Made by a program: the position numbers and the translations under genes. This document shows, piece after piece, positions 13,503-24,759 of a stretch of DNA of 64,000 nucleotides (its first letter is position 1; each line of letters begins with the position of its first letter). Location: contig OU015566.1 of assembly GCA_907165135.1 (NCBI GenBank), positions 5,580,001 through 5,644,000 on the forward strand. The letters are read 5' to 3'. The notes below the pieces were generated by a model that had not been told where the DNA came from, did not search any database, and was given only the letters and a program-made list of their open reading frames with translations. This stretch comes from Oikopleura dioica. Lineage: Eukaryota > Animalia > Chordata.

Positions 13503-14255
13503 GTAAGTTAGCCCCTTAAATTAGAAAATCAAGGAGCGGGGCTGAGACGGCCCGAAGGGCCGTCAAGCCCTTAAATTAGAAAATCAAGGAACGGGGCTGA
13601 GACGGCCCGAAGGGCCGTCAAGCCCCTTAAATTAGAAAATCAAGGAACGGGGCTGAGACGGCCCGAAGGGCCGTCAAGCCCTTAAATTAGAAAATCAAGG
13701 AACGGGGCTGAGACGGCCCGAAGGGCCGTCAAGCCCTTAAATTAGAAAATCAAGGAACGGGGCTGAGACGGCCCGAACAAATTGAGACCTCCTTTTCAGA
13801 AAATGACCTGTATCAGGTGATCACGTGGTCAGACCAAAAAATTTTCAAATACAATTTTTTTCGTTGGGGTCAAATACCTATTGTCCCAAAATTTCAGCCC
13901 ACAAACTACGAATGTTCTAGTGGAGGACTTAATGTAAATTTCTTACTTTGTTACATAACAGTGTTACGTAACACTAAAATGCCGATTGTGAGTCATCGGT
14001 GAGAGCTTCACTAAATTTTTTTTTTGAATTATGATCAGAAGCCGACTGCGCATCGATTCCGACCAAAAAGAGCACTCAGACTTGAGGCGCTCAAAAGATA
14101 GTCCTTTATGGGGGCGAAAAGGGTTGAAAAACGAAAAAAAAGTTTTCAAAAAAAAAATTTTGTTAAGAACTCGGGTATGATCTTTCACCATGCCGAGTTT
14201 CAACAAGATAGGATCTATAGGGAAAAAGTTGATTTTTTTGTAAATTCACCCTAAG
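13503..14255. mobile_element. Transposon-like insertion in the last exon of copy C, carrying the 55-bp array
   Basis: Absent from copies A, B and D; replaces ~14 nt of exon; no matched TIR pair or TSD found. Confidence 0.6.
13513..13777. repeat. Tandem array of ~4.8 x 55-56-bp units, each with a GACGGCCC-GAA-GGGCCGTC hairpin
   Basis: Units start at 13513, 13568, 13624, 13679 and 13734; nearly identical, no spacers. Confidence 0.95.
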
Positions 14256-14881
14256 TATGGTATAGCAGATATCATGTGACTTTTCTTGAATAAAGATTAG
14301 TCGCTACTCCGAAATACGATCTCATTTTTGCTCTGAGAAAAAGCAATGAGCAGTAGAATGAGCAAACAAACGCAAAAATCTGTAGTTAGCTATACCCGCG
14401 TCCAAATATACCTTTTCTTCTCCTTACCGCACGGAAACAGTGCGATGCCCAACCACAGTGTGTGCCTCAAAGTGCTCGAACTTGACGAATTGATTATTTT
14501 CGCACTTGGATGCGAGGACCAAAATCTGTCTCAGAGATAAATTAGGAATCTTGCTTACTTATCTAAACTGCCAAGCGGTCAAAATATATCTGGATAATGG
14601 CCAAAAATCAAGATGCAGGAAGGAGCAAAAAGAAGCAAGTTCGGGCGGCATAGTCGGAATCTGAAATAGCAGGGGCGCCCAGCAGGGATTCTATCACTTT
14701 CCTGCCGCGCTATAAATTGGCCAACATTTGTTGCGACTCATTATAAGATATAATTATTAATAACAATTAAAGAAAGGCCTTACGAGTTTGCTCTTTTCTA
14801 TTTCTTCAGTAATGCGCTGTATCAACAACGATCGAATAAGGGTCTCTCTTATGATTCGATCAATGAATATCTTTTTATTTA

Positions 14882-16086
14882 ACATGGGCGACCCTTTGTT
14901 ACTCGATAAAACGCTGGCGCTTTTGGGTTAGTTACTCAATAAAACGATGGCGCAGCAAAAAAAAATTTAATCGGTAAAACGATGGCACCCTTGTTAATCG
15001 AGGCGCGGGGCTCTCTTGCATGACGTCATCGGAGGACTCTTGCTGAAAAAAATAATGGAAAAGGGGAATCGAGCTCGCTCCCGCTACTCTCTAAGTGGTA
15101 TCACTAACCACTCAGCTAGACTAATTTGTTAGGAGACCCACATTTACAAGGGTTTATTGTTACATTTTCTCACATGGGAGCTGAAATGGTTCTCTCAGAA
15201 AATCATTGAATTGAGCTGAGCTGAGCAGGGCATTTCAGAAATCACTGACGTGAGCTTCTTGGCTCGGCAAACTGAGCTGTGCTGGGCTCGGCATCCTGAC
15301 CTGTCTAAAAACCTTAGACAGGACCTGTTTCCTGTTTTTTGGCCCTGTCCTGTGTAGCTGACCAAAATTGGGATTAAAATCTCGAAACCCTGTTTCTGTC
15401 CCTGTCCCTGACTAAAGACATGCCTGTTTTTCCTGCTCAGGGCCTGAGTTGAGACAGATTCCTGTGTAATTAGGTCAGGAAACAGGCTTCAATAGTCTAG
15501 ATTCACAAAGTAATTTAAAAGAAAAAACGCCAAAAACATAATTACATTATTTTAATGTAATGTTAATTTTGTATTTTAAACAGATCGTAGCGTTTTATAT
15601 TCAGGAACTTCATTAGAGATTCAGATTAAAGCGTCGAAATTGATGTTAAACCGGTTTACTTAACCAATTCTATTTTAATAAAGTGAAAGTGATGCTTGTA
15701 GGTTATTACTACTTACTTACTTTTAACCCATATGTTACGAAGTTACTTTTACTCATTATACCTTAAGATTTGAAGTCAAGAATCAATTGCCAAGAAAATC
15801 AATCAGCCCAATAGCCTATCTCCCCAAGAGCTGGGCTAGGAGCATTTCCGTGTATTCAAAGTGCATGTCTTCAACTTATCTATCTTCCAGCAAGAGAGTT
15901 CTCCGATGACGTCACGCCAGAGAGCCCCGCGCCTCGATTAACAAGGGTGCCATCGTTTTATCGATTAAATTTTTTTTCGCCACGCCATCGTTTTACCGAT
16001 TAACAGAGGGCCGCCCGCCACAATTTTATTGAGTAACTAGTTAAAAAGCGCCAGCGTTTTATCGAGTAACAAAGGGTCGCCCATGT
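14882..16086. mobile_element. Long-TIR non-autonomous DNA element (~170-200-bp arms) with TA or TTAA-like flanks
   Basis: ACATGGGCGACCCTTTGTTACTCGATAAAACGCTGGCGC... at the left and its reverse complement at the right; GAGCT- and CCTGT-rich fragments inside. Confidence 0.85.
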
Positions 16087-16496
16087 TAGCTTACAAGGAT
16101 TCCAAATCTTTTTTCAAATCTGAAATATCTCATCTTGAACACGAGATACGCAACATTCTATTGGCCCGCTAATGCACTAGCGCTCGATAGAAATGCACTA
16201 TTAGTAATAGTCTATTACTAATGGTCTATTAGAAAGGTCATTTTTTAATTTCCGATTTTATATATCAAACTATATACTGTATTTTCGTGAAAAAATCTCT
16301 ATTCGCTGACTTTCGCGGGTAACAAAAAAGGCTTGATTTTTGTTACCCGCTCCAAAGTTGCAAACAGTCAAAATGAAATCGCGGTATTTGCATTATTTCT
16401 CTTAGTTAAATATAAACCAGCGTTGATGGCTTCTTTTTTGCCCCTTTGTTCTTCCGCGCCGATATTCTTAGAATATAAAGAGAAAGACGTGGATAA

Positions 16497-17830
16497 ATGT
16501 CTGAAAAATCGTACTACAGCGAGAGTTTTCTATCAGAGGATTCAGTTGTTACGAACTCAGCTTTAGTTGGTGAGGAAATTTATGGTTTCGCTGATAATTT
16601 TTTTTTTGGTTTTAGAACAACTGAGATCTGAAATGAAAGCAGAATCAAATAGGGTCAACGAAGAAGTACGAAGGCTGAAGGTCTCACTTTCGGAAGCATT
16701 GATAGACAACGCTGATTATAAAAAACGGATCGCAGATTTTGAAAATACCGTCGATACCCAAGGGCTCAAGATAGACGAGTTAGAAAAAACTATTGAAGAG
16801 AAAATGTTAGAAACCGAGATGCAAAAACTGAATGTCAGAAATGAAATGAAAGTTTCCAAACCAGCTCAGATGCCTGCTTATAAGTTTTGCTTTTGCATCG
16901 TTTTCGCACTGGGTTTTTGGCTGATATTTAAACCCTTGGTCCTATATGAAAATTACGGCTTGCATGGAAAACAGCTTGAGATTCTTCAAGAATACGGGAA
17001 TGTTTTTAATTTAAAAATTATCATATTCTTTTTGTCTCCGAATTAATAATAATTATTATTCGAAAAACTAAGGAAGTTGTCTTGGCCACTCTACCGAGGA
17101 TGATGAGAGTGAATATCATGGTAGAAAAAATTTTACTGATAAATTGTCTTTTAATTTCAAACCAGCTCAGAAGCCTGTTTCTTTTCAAGAAAATTACGGC
17201 TTGCATGAAAACCAGCTTGAGAGTCTTCAAAAATACGGGAATGTTTTAATTTAAAAATATCATATAAGTTTGTCTCTCATAAATCATAATTTTTATTTTA
17301 AAAGCTAAGAAAGTTGTCTTGGCCACTTTACCGAGGATGATGAGAGTGAAACTCATGGTGGAAAGAAATATTTTGATAAAACGTCTTTTGCGCTCATGAT
17401 GAAAGCTTATAAAAATGGATTAAAAGAATTCACCCTCAAGGTTGGTCGAATAATAAATTTTATAATTGAAGATAAACAATTAAAAAGGTTGGAGCTTTAG
17501 ATAAAGACTTTTCTGTTGGAAAGTCTAAATTAAGTTACTCCAATGAAAAAATAGAACTACCGGGCGGTGATTTAAAATGGCGTCATCTTCTTTCTATCCT
17601 CCACGAAGGTAACTGTTACTAAGAATCTGCTTTATTTATATTCAGGGCGAAAAATTCGATTCAAAACGAGAATTCAAGTCATGGATGCTGTTGCGGGTTA
17701 CGAACGGAAAATATACGATTGGAAAGAAACAGATTCTGAAGGTGTTTACGAGCAGATTATTCTTGGGACGGATTGGCCTGAACGAGGAGGAGAATGGTAT
17801 CCAAGATATCATCTGACTTTTCTTGAATAA
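16497..17830 (+). CDS. Tandem-family copy D, with an in-frame internal duplication and a hydrophobic insert
   Basis: MSEKSYYSESFLSED start; exon2-end/intron/exon3-start duplicated in frame (~16960-17330); ends YPRYHLTFLE*. Confidence 0.75.
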
Positions 17831-18313
17831 AGATAAATCCTTATCAAAAATAAACATCAAAATTATTTCGCGCTGCGAGTCCCATTTTATCTGTTAAATA
17901 GCTATCAAAAGCTAAGAGCAGTTCAATGAGCAAACAAAGCGCAATAGATGAAGCTACCTTAACTCGCGTCCAAATCATCCCTTTCTTCTTTTCCCGCACG
18001 GAAACAGTGCGGTGCCAAACCAGAGTGTGTGCCTAAAAGTGCTCGAACTTGACGAATTGATTATTTTCGCACTTGGATGCGAGGACGAAAATCTGTCACA
18101 GGAGATAAATTAGGAATTTTGCTAACTTATCCTTACTGGTCAAAATGTATCTGGAAAAGGGCCAAAAATCAAGATGCAGGGAGGAGCAAAAAAGCAAGTT
18201 CTGGTGGCATAATCGGAATCTAAACTAGCAGGGGCGCGCAGCAGGAGTTCTCTCACTTTCCTACAGCGCTATAAATTGGCAAACAGCTGTTGCGACTCAT
18301 AATAACAATTTAA

Positions 18314-19068
18314 GGATATACCCGATGAAATTGAACTTTCATAGCGCCTAAATACGAAGTCGGATCATTTTTATTTCAAAAGCAGTCCTACCTAAAATTG
18401 TGCGTTAAATTAAATTCTGGTACTTTTTTAGAAATTTTTATTAGAATTTCCCTCTCTAGAGCGATTTGAAAACGAACTCTCTCGATTTCTCGAAATTTTT
18501 CCAGTAAATCGCTAAAACTGAACCGTATTCTGTATTGCAATGATGCTAAGCTACAAAATTGATGGGATCAAATTCTTAAACTTGATCGAATTTTCATTCT
18601 AGTGTTCTCTTCTTTTATACCCTTGTTTTTCTTCTCTGCGGGTTTTTTTGCGTGCTACCAATCAGAGCGGTGCGCTCAACCACGCACTTTCTCTCGGAAA
18701 AGAGGAGTCGAGTGAGTGAGCACCCAGCGCGCCGCTTTGTAAAGCTTTCAGGCGCTGAGTAGCCCTCAATGAAATGGCTCTAGAATCGGCTTCCTTCGGA
18801 ATTAAGGAAAAGTAAACCATCAAAATTGTAGATAACGGTCTAAAGAACTTATCTATCGAAAAATCTCGACCGATTTATACAAAAAATTTCGAGTAATCGA
18901 GAGAGTAAGATTTGAAATCGCTCTAAAGAGAAAAAATCAAATGAGAAAATATGAAAAAGTACCAGATTTGAGTTCTACGTGCATTTTAACGTAGAATTGC
19001 TTTTGAAATATAAATGATCCGACGTCGCATTTCGGCGCTATAAAAGTTCAATTTTATCGGGTATATCC
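18314..19068. mobile_element. Kolobok-like MITE (GG...CC termini, TTAA target)
   Basis: TIR GGATATACCCGAT(G/A)AAATTGAACTTT; exact TTAA duplication at 18310-18313 and 19069-19072; paralogous units show a single TTAA. Confidence 0.85.
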
Positions 19069-19074
19069 TTAAGA

Positions 19075-19378
19075 AAGGGCTTGCGAATTCGCTCTTTTCT
19101 ATTTCTTCAGTAATCCGCTGTATCTTTATTTACAGTAAGATTCAACAACTCAACAAGTGTGGGAGAGAAAAGGCAAAACCACGGGCGATATCCGGTTATT
19201 ATTATTTCAAGCAGCCTGCAGGGGGCATTTGAAGCTCTCTTGACTGTGCAAACCACTTTGACGAAAAGACTCTTCAACTTTTTGTTTTGTTCGCATTTCG
19301 CAAATCTGAGATCCACGCCGCATGTGATCATCTTAAACATACAAAAGAAACATGAAAAAGATAACTCCGACTCTTAAA
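19075..19378. repeat. Duplicate of the 11940-12250 inter-copy block, marking the end of the tandem array
   Basis: Near-identical sequence from agggctt...gaat to ctccgactcttaaat. Confidence 0.85.
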
Positions 19379-19489
19379 TACCAGATGCTCTCGCCAAGGT
19401 TGTCGATGGCAAATTTGAGATTGTAGGCCCAAGATTATCTAATTCAATTTTTAAATTCCAGCGGTTCATTTTCATTGGTCAAAAGCTCA

Positions 19490-19700
19490 CAAAAATTTTA
19501 TATTCGGAAATTCGACTATCTTAGGACCAAATTTGGGCATTTTGAGAAATAATCTTGGGCCCAAATCAAGGAATTCTTGGTTAATCATCTTTGGAAGTCC
19601 CTTTTCTAAAAGAAAATACTGTCTTAAAGTTCATTACTGATTCAGACAAAGCACAAAAGCCAGAAAGTTTGAGCCCTTCTCTAAGTTGCTCCATCTGTTA
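19490..19700 (-). CDS. Probable exon of an unidentified gene
   Basis: Open frame QMEQLREGLKLSGFCALSESVMNFKTVFLLEKGLPKMINQEFLDLGPRLFLKMPKFGPKIVEFP. Confidence 0.3.
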
Positions 19701-20289
19701 ATGAATAATAAATAGTTGGCTATACTTTTTGGAGCCTTATTGATGGAAAATTTAACAACTAACGCGAATTAATTGTCTTCTGGGCGAACGTTGCTTGCCC
19801 CGCGGCGCGTGCTCAAGAAGAACTTGCCCCCGAGGGATGAAAAAAGGAGAAATAGCCCTTCGTTGAATAAAAAATGAACACTTCTAGCGCGTAGAGAGAA
19901 TGTTGGAGGCTCAAGTGCTCGTGTCTTGATTTTGAATATTTTTTTTCTTCAATGCTTTTGTGAAAGAGAGAAAAAATATGGTGTTCTGCGCGTGTTTCTG
20001 CCAAAAATGTAAAATTATTTTGATTCTTTGTGGAGTGCTGTTTATTTTTATTGGAGCAGGGATTGTTCTCAGGAACGGGGTTTTGGAATCAAGGAGGAAA
20101 AACGGAGGATGAAAATTTATTCTTCGAGCTTATCACGAAAAATTCTTATCAAAAATTGTGAAATAAAAAACTGAAGAAAAAAAAAGAAAAGCTTCAGTAT
20201 TAACTTAATTTTAAAGAAGCTAAAATGGCAATTACTGTATTTATTTTTATAAAAATTATTTTTTCAAAAAATCCACATTTGAAATCCCA

Positions 20290-20990
20290 CAAAAAGATTG
20301 GCGCTTGTCCCCGAAGGAAATCCGCCTTGGACTCGTACCGACACTTATCTAGTCGTCATCTTCAGCGGAGCATGGTTTTCGACTGCCGTATGCCTAACTG
20401 CCATGAATCAGTCTACTTTTTGCTTCTGCTGCATAGAGGTTCATGCATCACTTCTTTTCGATTACAAAATAATTTTTACACAACCGAAAACTGCTAAAAT
20501 AAGCAGTTACGTGACTAGATCTAACAATAATTTCAGAGCTCTGCTGCCAACTCGTCTACTTCAAGTGCAGTGAACCTTCAGGTTCGTAATTATAATTTTC
20601 CGATAAAATGCCATTACGGCTATTTTAGAACCTGACCACCCGAGTTCGCCGGTATAGCTTTCAGGTACAAACGAGATCAAACGATTGCAATAAATGTATT
20701 CTTGGGAGCAATTTATCGTGGGATAAAATTGATCAGATGAACTCTTAGGGTTCGTTTTTACGATGATGCAATTTGCGCAACAATTGTTTTATACCCTCCA
20801 AGTGAACTTTTCAGACGCAGCAAGCACCGTCAGCAGATTCGATAGATTCCCCGACAGGACGAGCCAGGTTAACATTTTGAATTAATGAATTCCAGGCAAA
20901 TCTCAATGTTGAATTTTTAGGTTACTCGGGCGAATACGCAAGCACAGGGTTTCTTATCCACATCCTTCCTATCCGCTTACCCAGACGTAA
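20290..20990 (+). CDS. Small multi-exon gene; probable membrane protein with a Cys-rich segment
   Basis: TM-like YLVVIFSGAWFSTAVCLTAM followed by FCFCCIE; several short segments bounded by AG and GT. Confidence 0.35.
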
Positions 20991-21051
20991 GTACCTTTCG
21001 TGGGTCGGGATTTCGTTGATTCCCTTATGATAAGGCTTATCCAGAAGAGAT

Positions 21052-21507
21052 CAGAGTTGCAAATTTTGCTTTATTTTTGCTGAGCCGAGCTGACCTGATC
21101 TGAGTAAAAATATCTCTGAGCTGAGCTGGCCTTTTTCGGAGGTCATCGAGCGGAGCTGAGCTGAGCAGATCTTTTTTTTAAGGTAGTTGAGCTGAGCTGA
21201 ACTGAGCGGAGCGTAATTAGAGCTGAGTTGAGCTGCTTGAGCTGATCTGAGCTCTTTTTTACTGTGTTTTTACTAGTTAGATTGTGATACAATCATTAAG
21301 CTGAGCTGAGCTGAACAAAGTGATTATTGTCTGAGCTAAGCTGAGCTGAGCTGAGCAGAACAGATCATGTTCGAAGATAATTGAGCTGAGCTGAGCTGCG
21401 TGAAAATTGTCTGAGCTGAGCTGAGCAGATTATATCATTTTTATAAATCACTGAGCTGAGTTGAGCGACCGCTCAGCTCACTCAGCTCAGCAAAATTTGC
21501 AACTCTT
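21052..21507. mobile_element. hAT-type MITE filled with (GAGCT)n arrays
   Basis: TIR CAGAGTTGCAAATTTTGCT; degenerate 8-bp TSD gaagagat/gatgaaat (6 of 8 match). Confidence 0.8.
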
Positions 21508-22372
21508 GATGAAATCAAGGAAGACCGTATTTTTTTGGTGGAGACTGGGGTAAAGGATCCCTGAATTAATCCCTCTCACATGAACCGTTTTGAATAAGAC
21601 GCTAGCGAAAATGTCGGTGAATGATGTAGGATACTTTAGAACCGATGGTTTGCAAGGCAGATTAAAATTAATTTGAAGCACTCAGCCGTGAAAACGAGAG
21701 TATCTTGCGCAAGATACAATATCCTCTAAAGCACCACTTTCAATCATATAATTTCTTTGTTCTACTAAATGGAGTAATTGGTACAAATTTAATCCGGTTT
21801 TATTTTTATTTGTTTTCTCTATATTTTCTCCGAAGGAAAGGGTGAAATAATGATGCTTTCTAGGCGCGAGCTGATTCAACTCAGCAATTTGGAAATCATC
21901 GACGAATCAAATCAGGACAACGGTACGAAATCAACAAGGAAAGTCGCCATTTTCAAAACGTTTTTATAGATTCTAGAGCGCTTTCGCTCACACCAAAATC
22001 CAGCACGGAAAATCTACCAAAGAAACAAAACACATGTGAATTCTGAACTTGTAAAATTTGATACCTTCTTGTAAATAAAAAAGAGAGAAAAGCCGGAACT
22101 CACAACAGTCAGAGTTGAGTCAGATCAAGCGTCATTCATGGTCAACATAAAGCACTGCATCCTAGACGGCAGACAAAAAACGACGGCCGTGGAAAACTTG
22201 ATACTTACCTTTAGTATCTTTAGTTTATCTAGGTCATCTTTAACGGTTCATATGATGGTGAAGATTCTCTATATTATGCGTTTTGCGCAAACTAAAAAGT
22301 CAAAGTTTATTAAAGTATTTTTTTATCGTCACAACACGGGAAAATGGAAAAAGCTAACAGGAGAAGGTTTAC

Positions 22373-23448
22373 TTGGCGGCCAAGAGTGTTGACATCATTT
22401 CTTCTGGGGTCATTCGGATTCTCTTGAGAGCGGGCTTCTTCATTTTCGCTAGAAAAAAAATTGAGTTGAGAAAAAATGAAGTAAAAATCGATCTCGATGC
22501 TCTTAGAGTTCAATTTTACGCAACTTTGAAAACATCTCGTATCTTGTGATATCGATTTTGATGCAAAGTAAAAAGTCTCTGCGAAACTTACCTTTGAGTT
22601 CGGCATGCTTTCGCTTGAGTTCTTCAGTTTCCTTGTTGTTCTTTTCGATCTTGTACTCAGCATCGTATCTTTGTTCGTCGGCCTAAATTCGGTACTTGAA
22701 ATCATGGAGGAGAACGCATTCCCGTTCCCATGCTTTTTGGTTTCATAATTGCTTTTGTAAAGTGGTTTTATATAAAAAGCCTTAGTTTTTGTATTAGTAT
22801 CAAGATAAAAATATTGCATTTGGTATTTTTATGTTGTCAAATTATTGAGCTCTTTTTGATGCAATTATAGTGATATAATTGCAACTTCTCGTGAGAATAA
22901 AATGCCGACTAACGGTAGCTAAGTGAAGATTTAGTAATTATGTTGAAAAGTCAAGCGTTATAAATATGAACCCATAAAAAGAGTTACTGTATGATAAGTA
23001 CCTTGTCGATGGCAGCGTGGAGTTCTCGGCAAAGCTGTTTCAACTGCTCCTCATCCATGGAGGTGTATTCGGGGAGGGGCTAGATTTCTTAGAAGTCAAA
23101 TTTTGAAACTAACCCATTACGAAAAAATGGCCAAATTGTTGGGGATTCAATCAATTTTGTTTTCTTCATAATTCAATTGAAAGATTTGGAGTAAAAATAA
23201 CGTTGAAAAATTAAATCAATGATTTCCTCGATAAACCAATTATTTGGTCGTTTGGTGGAGATGGGTTAAATAAAACAGACCTTTACTCGCTCCTTGAGAG
23301 TTTCTTCTCGGGCACTGGCAAGAGCAGAAGCTTCTTCGGCAAGAAGTTCTAGTGATTTCAGTCGTTTAGAATTCATAAATTATTGCTGTCAAAAAGCACC
23401 TTTGGCTTTCTGGAGAAGGGACTTTTTGACGGCGGCAAAGTCGGTCAT
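22373..23448 (-). CDS. TNNI: Troponin I, short form; 3' end unresolved
   Basis: Spliced exons give MTDFAAVKKSLLQKAKELLAEEA...PLPEYTSMDEEQLKQLCRELHAAIDKADEQRYDAEYKIEKNNKETEELKRKHAELK.AKMKKPALKRIRMTPEEMMSTLL, matching the TnI IT-arm and inhibitory/switch regions. Confidence 0.85.
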
Positions 23449-23730
23449 TTTCAATCTGTCAAGACGCCCCTGTCTATTTCTCTACTAGTCGAGAGGAACT
23501 CGAACGCTAGAAAAAAAGTTGAACAAGCGCGAATCAAGCTGAGCGAGTGCCTCTTCAGCCCTCTGAGTCATTTCTCCTCAGCCAAGGTTTCACTTGTTAG
23601 CTGCCTAGATTTACTCACTTTTACATTTGTCAAACTCATGCTATTTTTAGCGAGGAAGTCAGAGCAACCGTATTGAAAATACTGAAATTGTCATCATGGA
23701 AAATCAGAATGACTGCGGAAAATCTTTAGA

Positions 23731-24569
23731 CTAATCGACTTCCATTTGCGCCATAGACCGGAAGATACGTCCGACGGGCTTCTCAAAGTTTCCGTGATGA
23801 AGTAGAGCGAAAAATATATTGAATTTTAAACTTTAAAATTCAATATATTTTTAAAATTAAAAGTAAAAATGGTTTTTAATTCTTCGATTTCAATTCGGTT
23901 TAATTCTGATCATACCATGAGATTTTTTTAGAGAGGGAGAAGGCCCCTGGTACTTTCTACGTCGTAGAATCCGACATTGCTTTTCTGTTCATACTTTCCA
24001 TTGAAATGTTTCCAATGTTTTCCAATGTCTTGGACCAAAGCCGTTTCATACTTTCTGTCGAATTTCCATTGAATCAACTTGAGCCAAAGATGGGTAAAAA
24101 TTCAGTGCTTCTATCTCTTTACGGTATAAGAACAAAGAAAGAGTAACTCCTATCGATCCTATTCCTTTCCATCCTTGCTGGAAAGCTTCACAAAAAGATA
24201 TAAAAGAGATAAGAATCACTGGAATATCCCCTCAGCTTGGCAAAAATCAGAAAGAATGGAAAGAACCGCGGAAGTTCCGTTCCGGTCATATCTTACCGTC
24301 AGACAGAAAATGAAGAGAATTTCAACACGTAATTTTATGAATTTAAATTTTAAATTTTAAATGTCTAATAGACAATGACTAGATTATTGGCAATTACACA
24401 AAATGAAATCTAAACGTTTTCTTCCTCGAATTAAGAATCTAAATGGAAAGGCTCTCTTCATAATTCGTCGCCGGTTGTTGTCAATCAGCCACCAAATCAT
24501 GTCCGATTCGTCGTGGCTCTTTTTCCACCACGAACCAGCTCTTGCACAATCATTTTCGCTAATTTTCAT
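23731..24569 (-). CDS. Unidentified multi-exon gene just upstream of troponin I
   Basis: Protein-like open segments (SDMIWWLIDNNRRR; KRLWSKTLENIGNISMEKYEQ; ALLHHGNFEKPVGRIFRSMAQMEVD*); joins not verified. Confidence 0.3.
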
Positions 24570-24759
24570 TCATAAGACGATTTCGCCAAAGAGAGAGAAA
24601 TTAAATGAAAATGAAATATTTTGGACCGATTTTCGCGTCTTTAGGAAGTTTTGTCCAAGGAAGTCATTTTAGAGCTGGCTCCGTTACTTTTATACAGGTA
24701 GAAGTCACTATCAAGAAGAAAAGAAAGTTTCTGATCGAGAGATTCATCGAAATTTCTAG

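Larger units (their letters stand above)
12517..14293 (+). pseudogene. Tandem-family copy C, apparently disrupted
   Basis: 5' half almost identical to copy A; +1 frameshift in the A9 run at 13092-13100; ~750-bp insertion in the last exon at 13503-14255. Confidence 0.7.

Noticed and set aside
13513-13777. CRISPR-like array of palindromic repeats
   Set aside because: Units are contiguous and near-identical with no unique spacers, no cas genes are present, and the context is eukaryotic
13503-14255. Clean GT-AG intron gain in copy C
   Set aside because: The insertion starts GTAAGT and ends AG, but splicing it out gives a frameshifted tail (PYGIADIM*) and ~14 exon nt are missing
19490-19700. HECT-domain remnant (QMEQLREGLKLSG)
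   Set aside because: Only one short motif resembles HECT; no catalytic TC motif found
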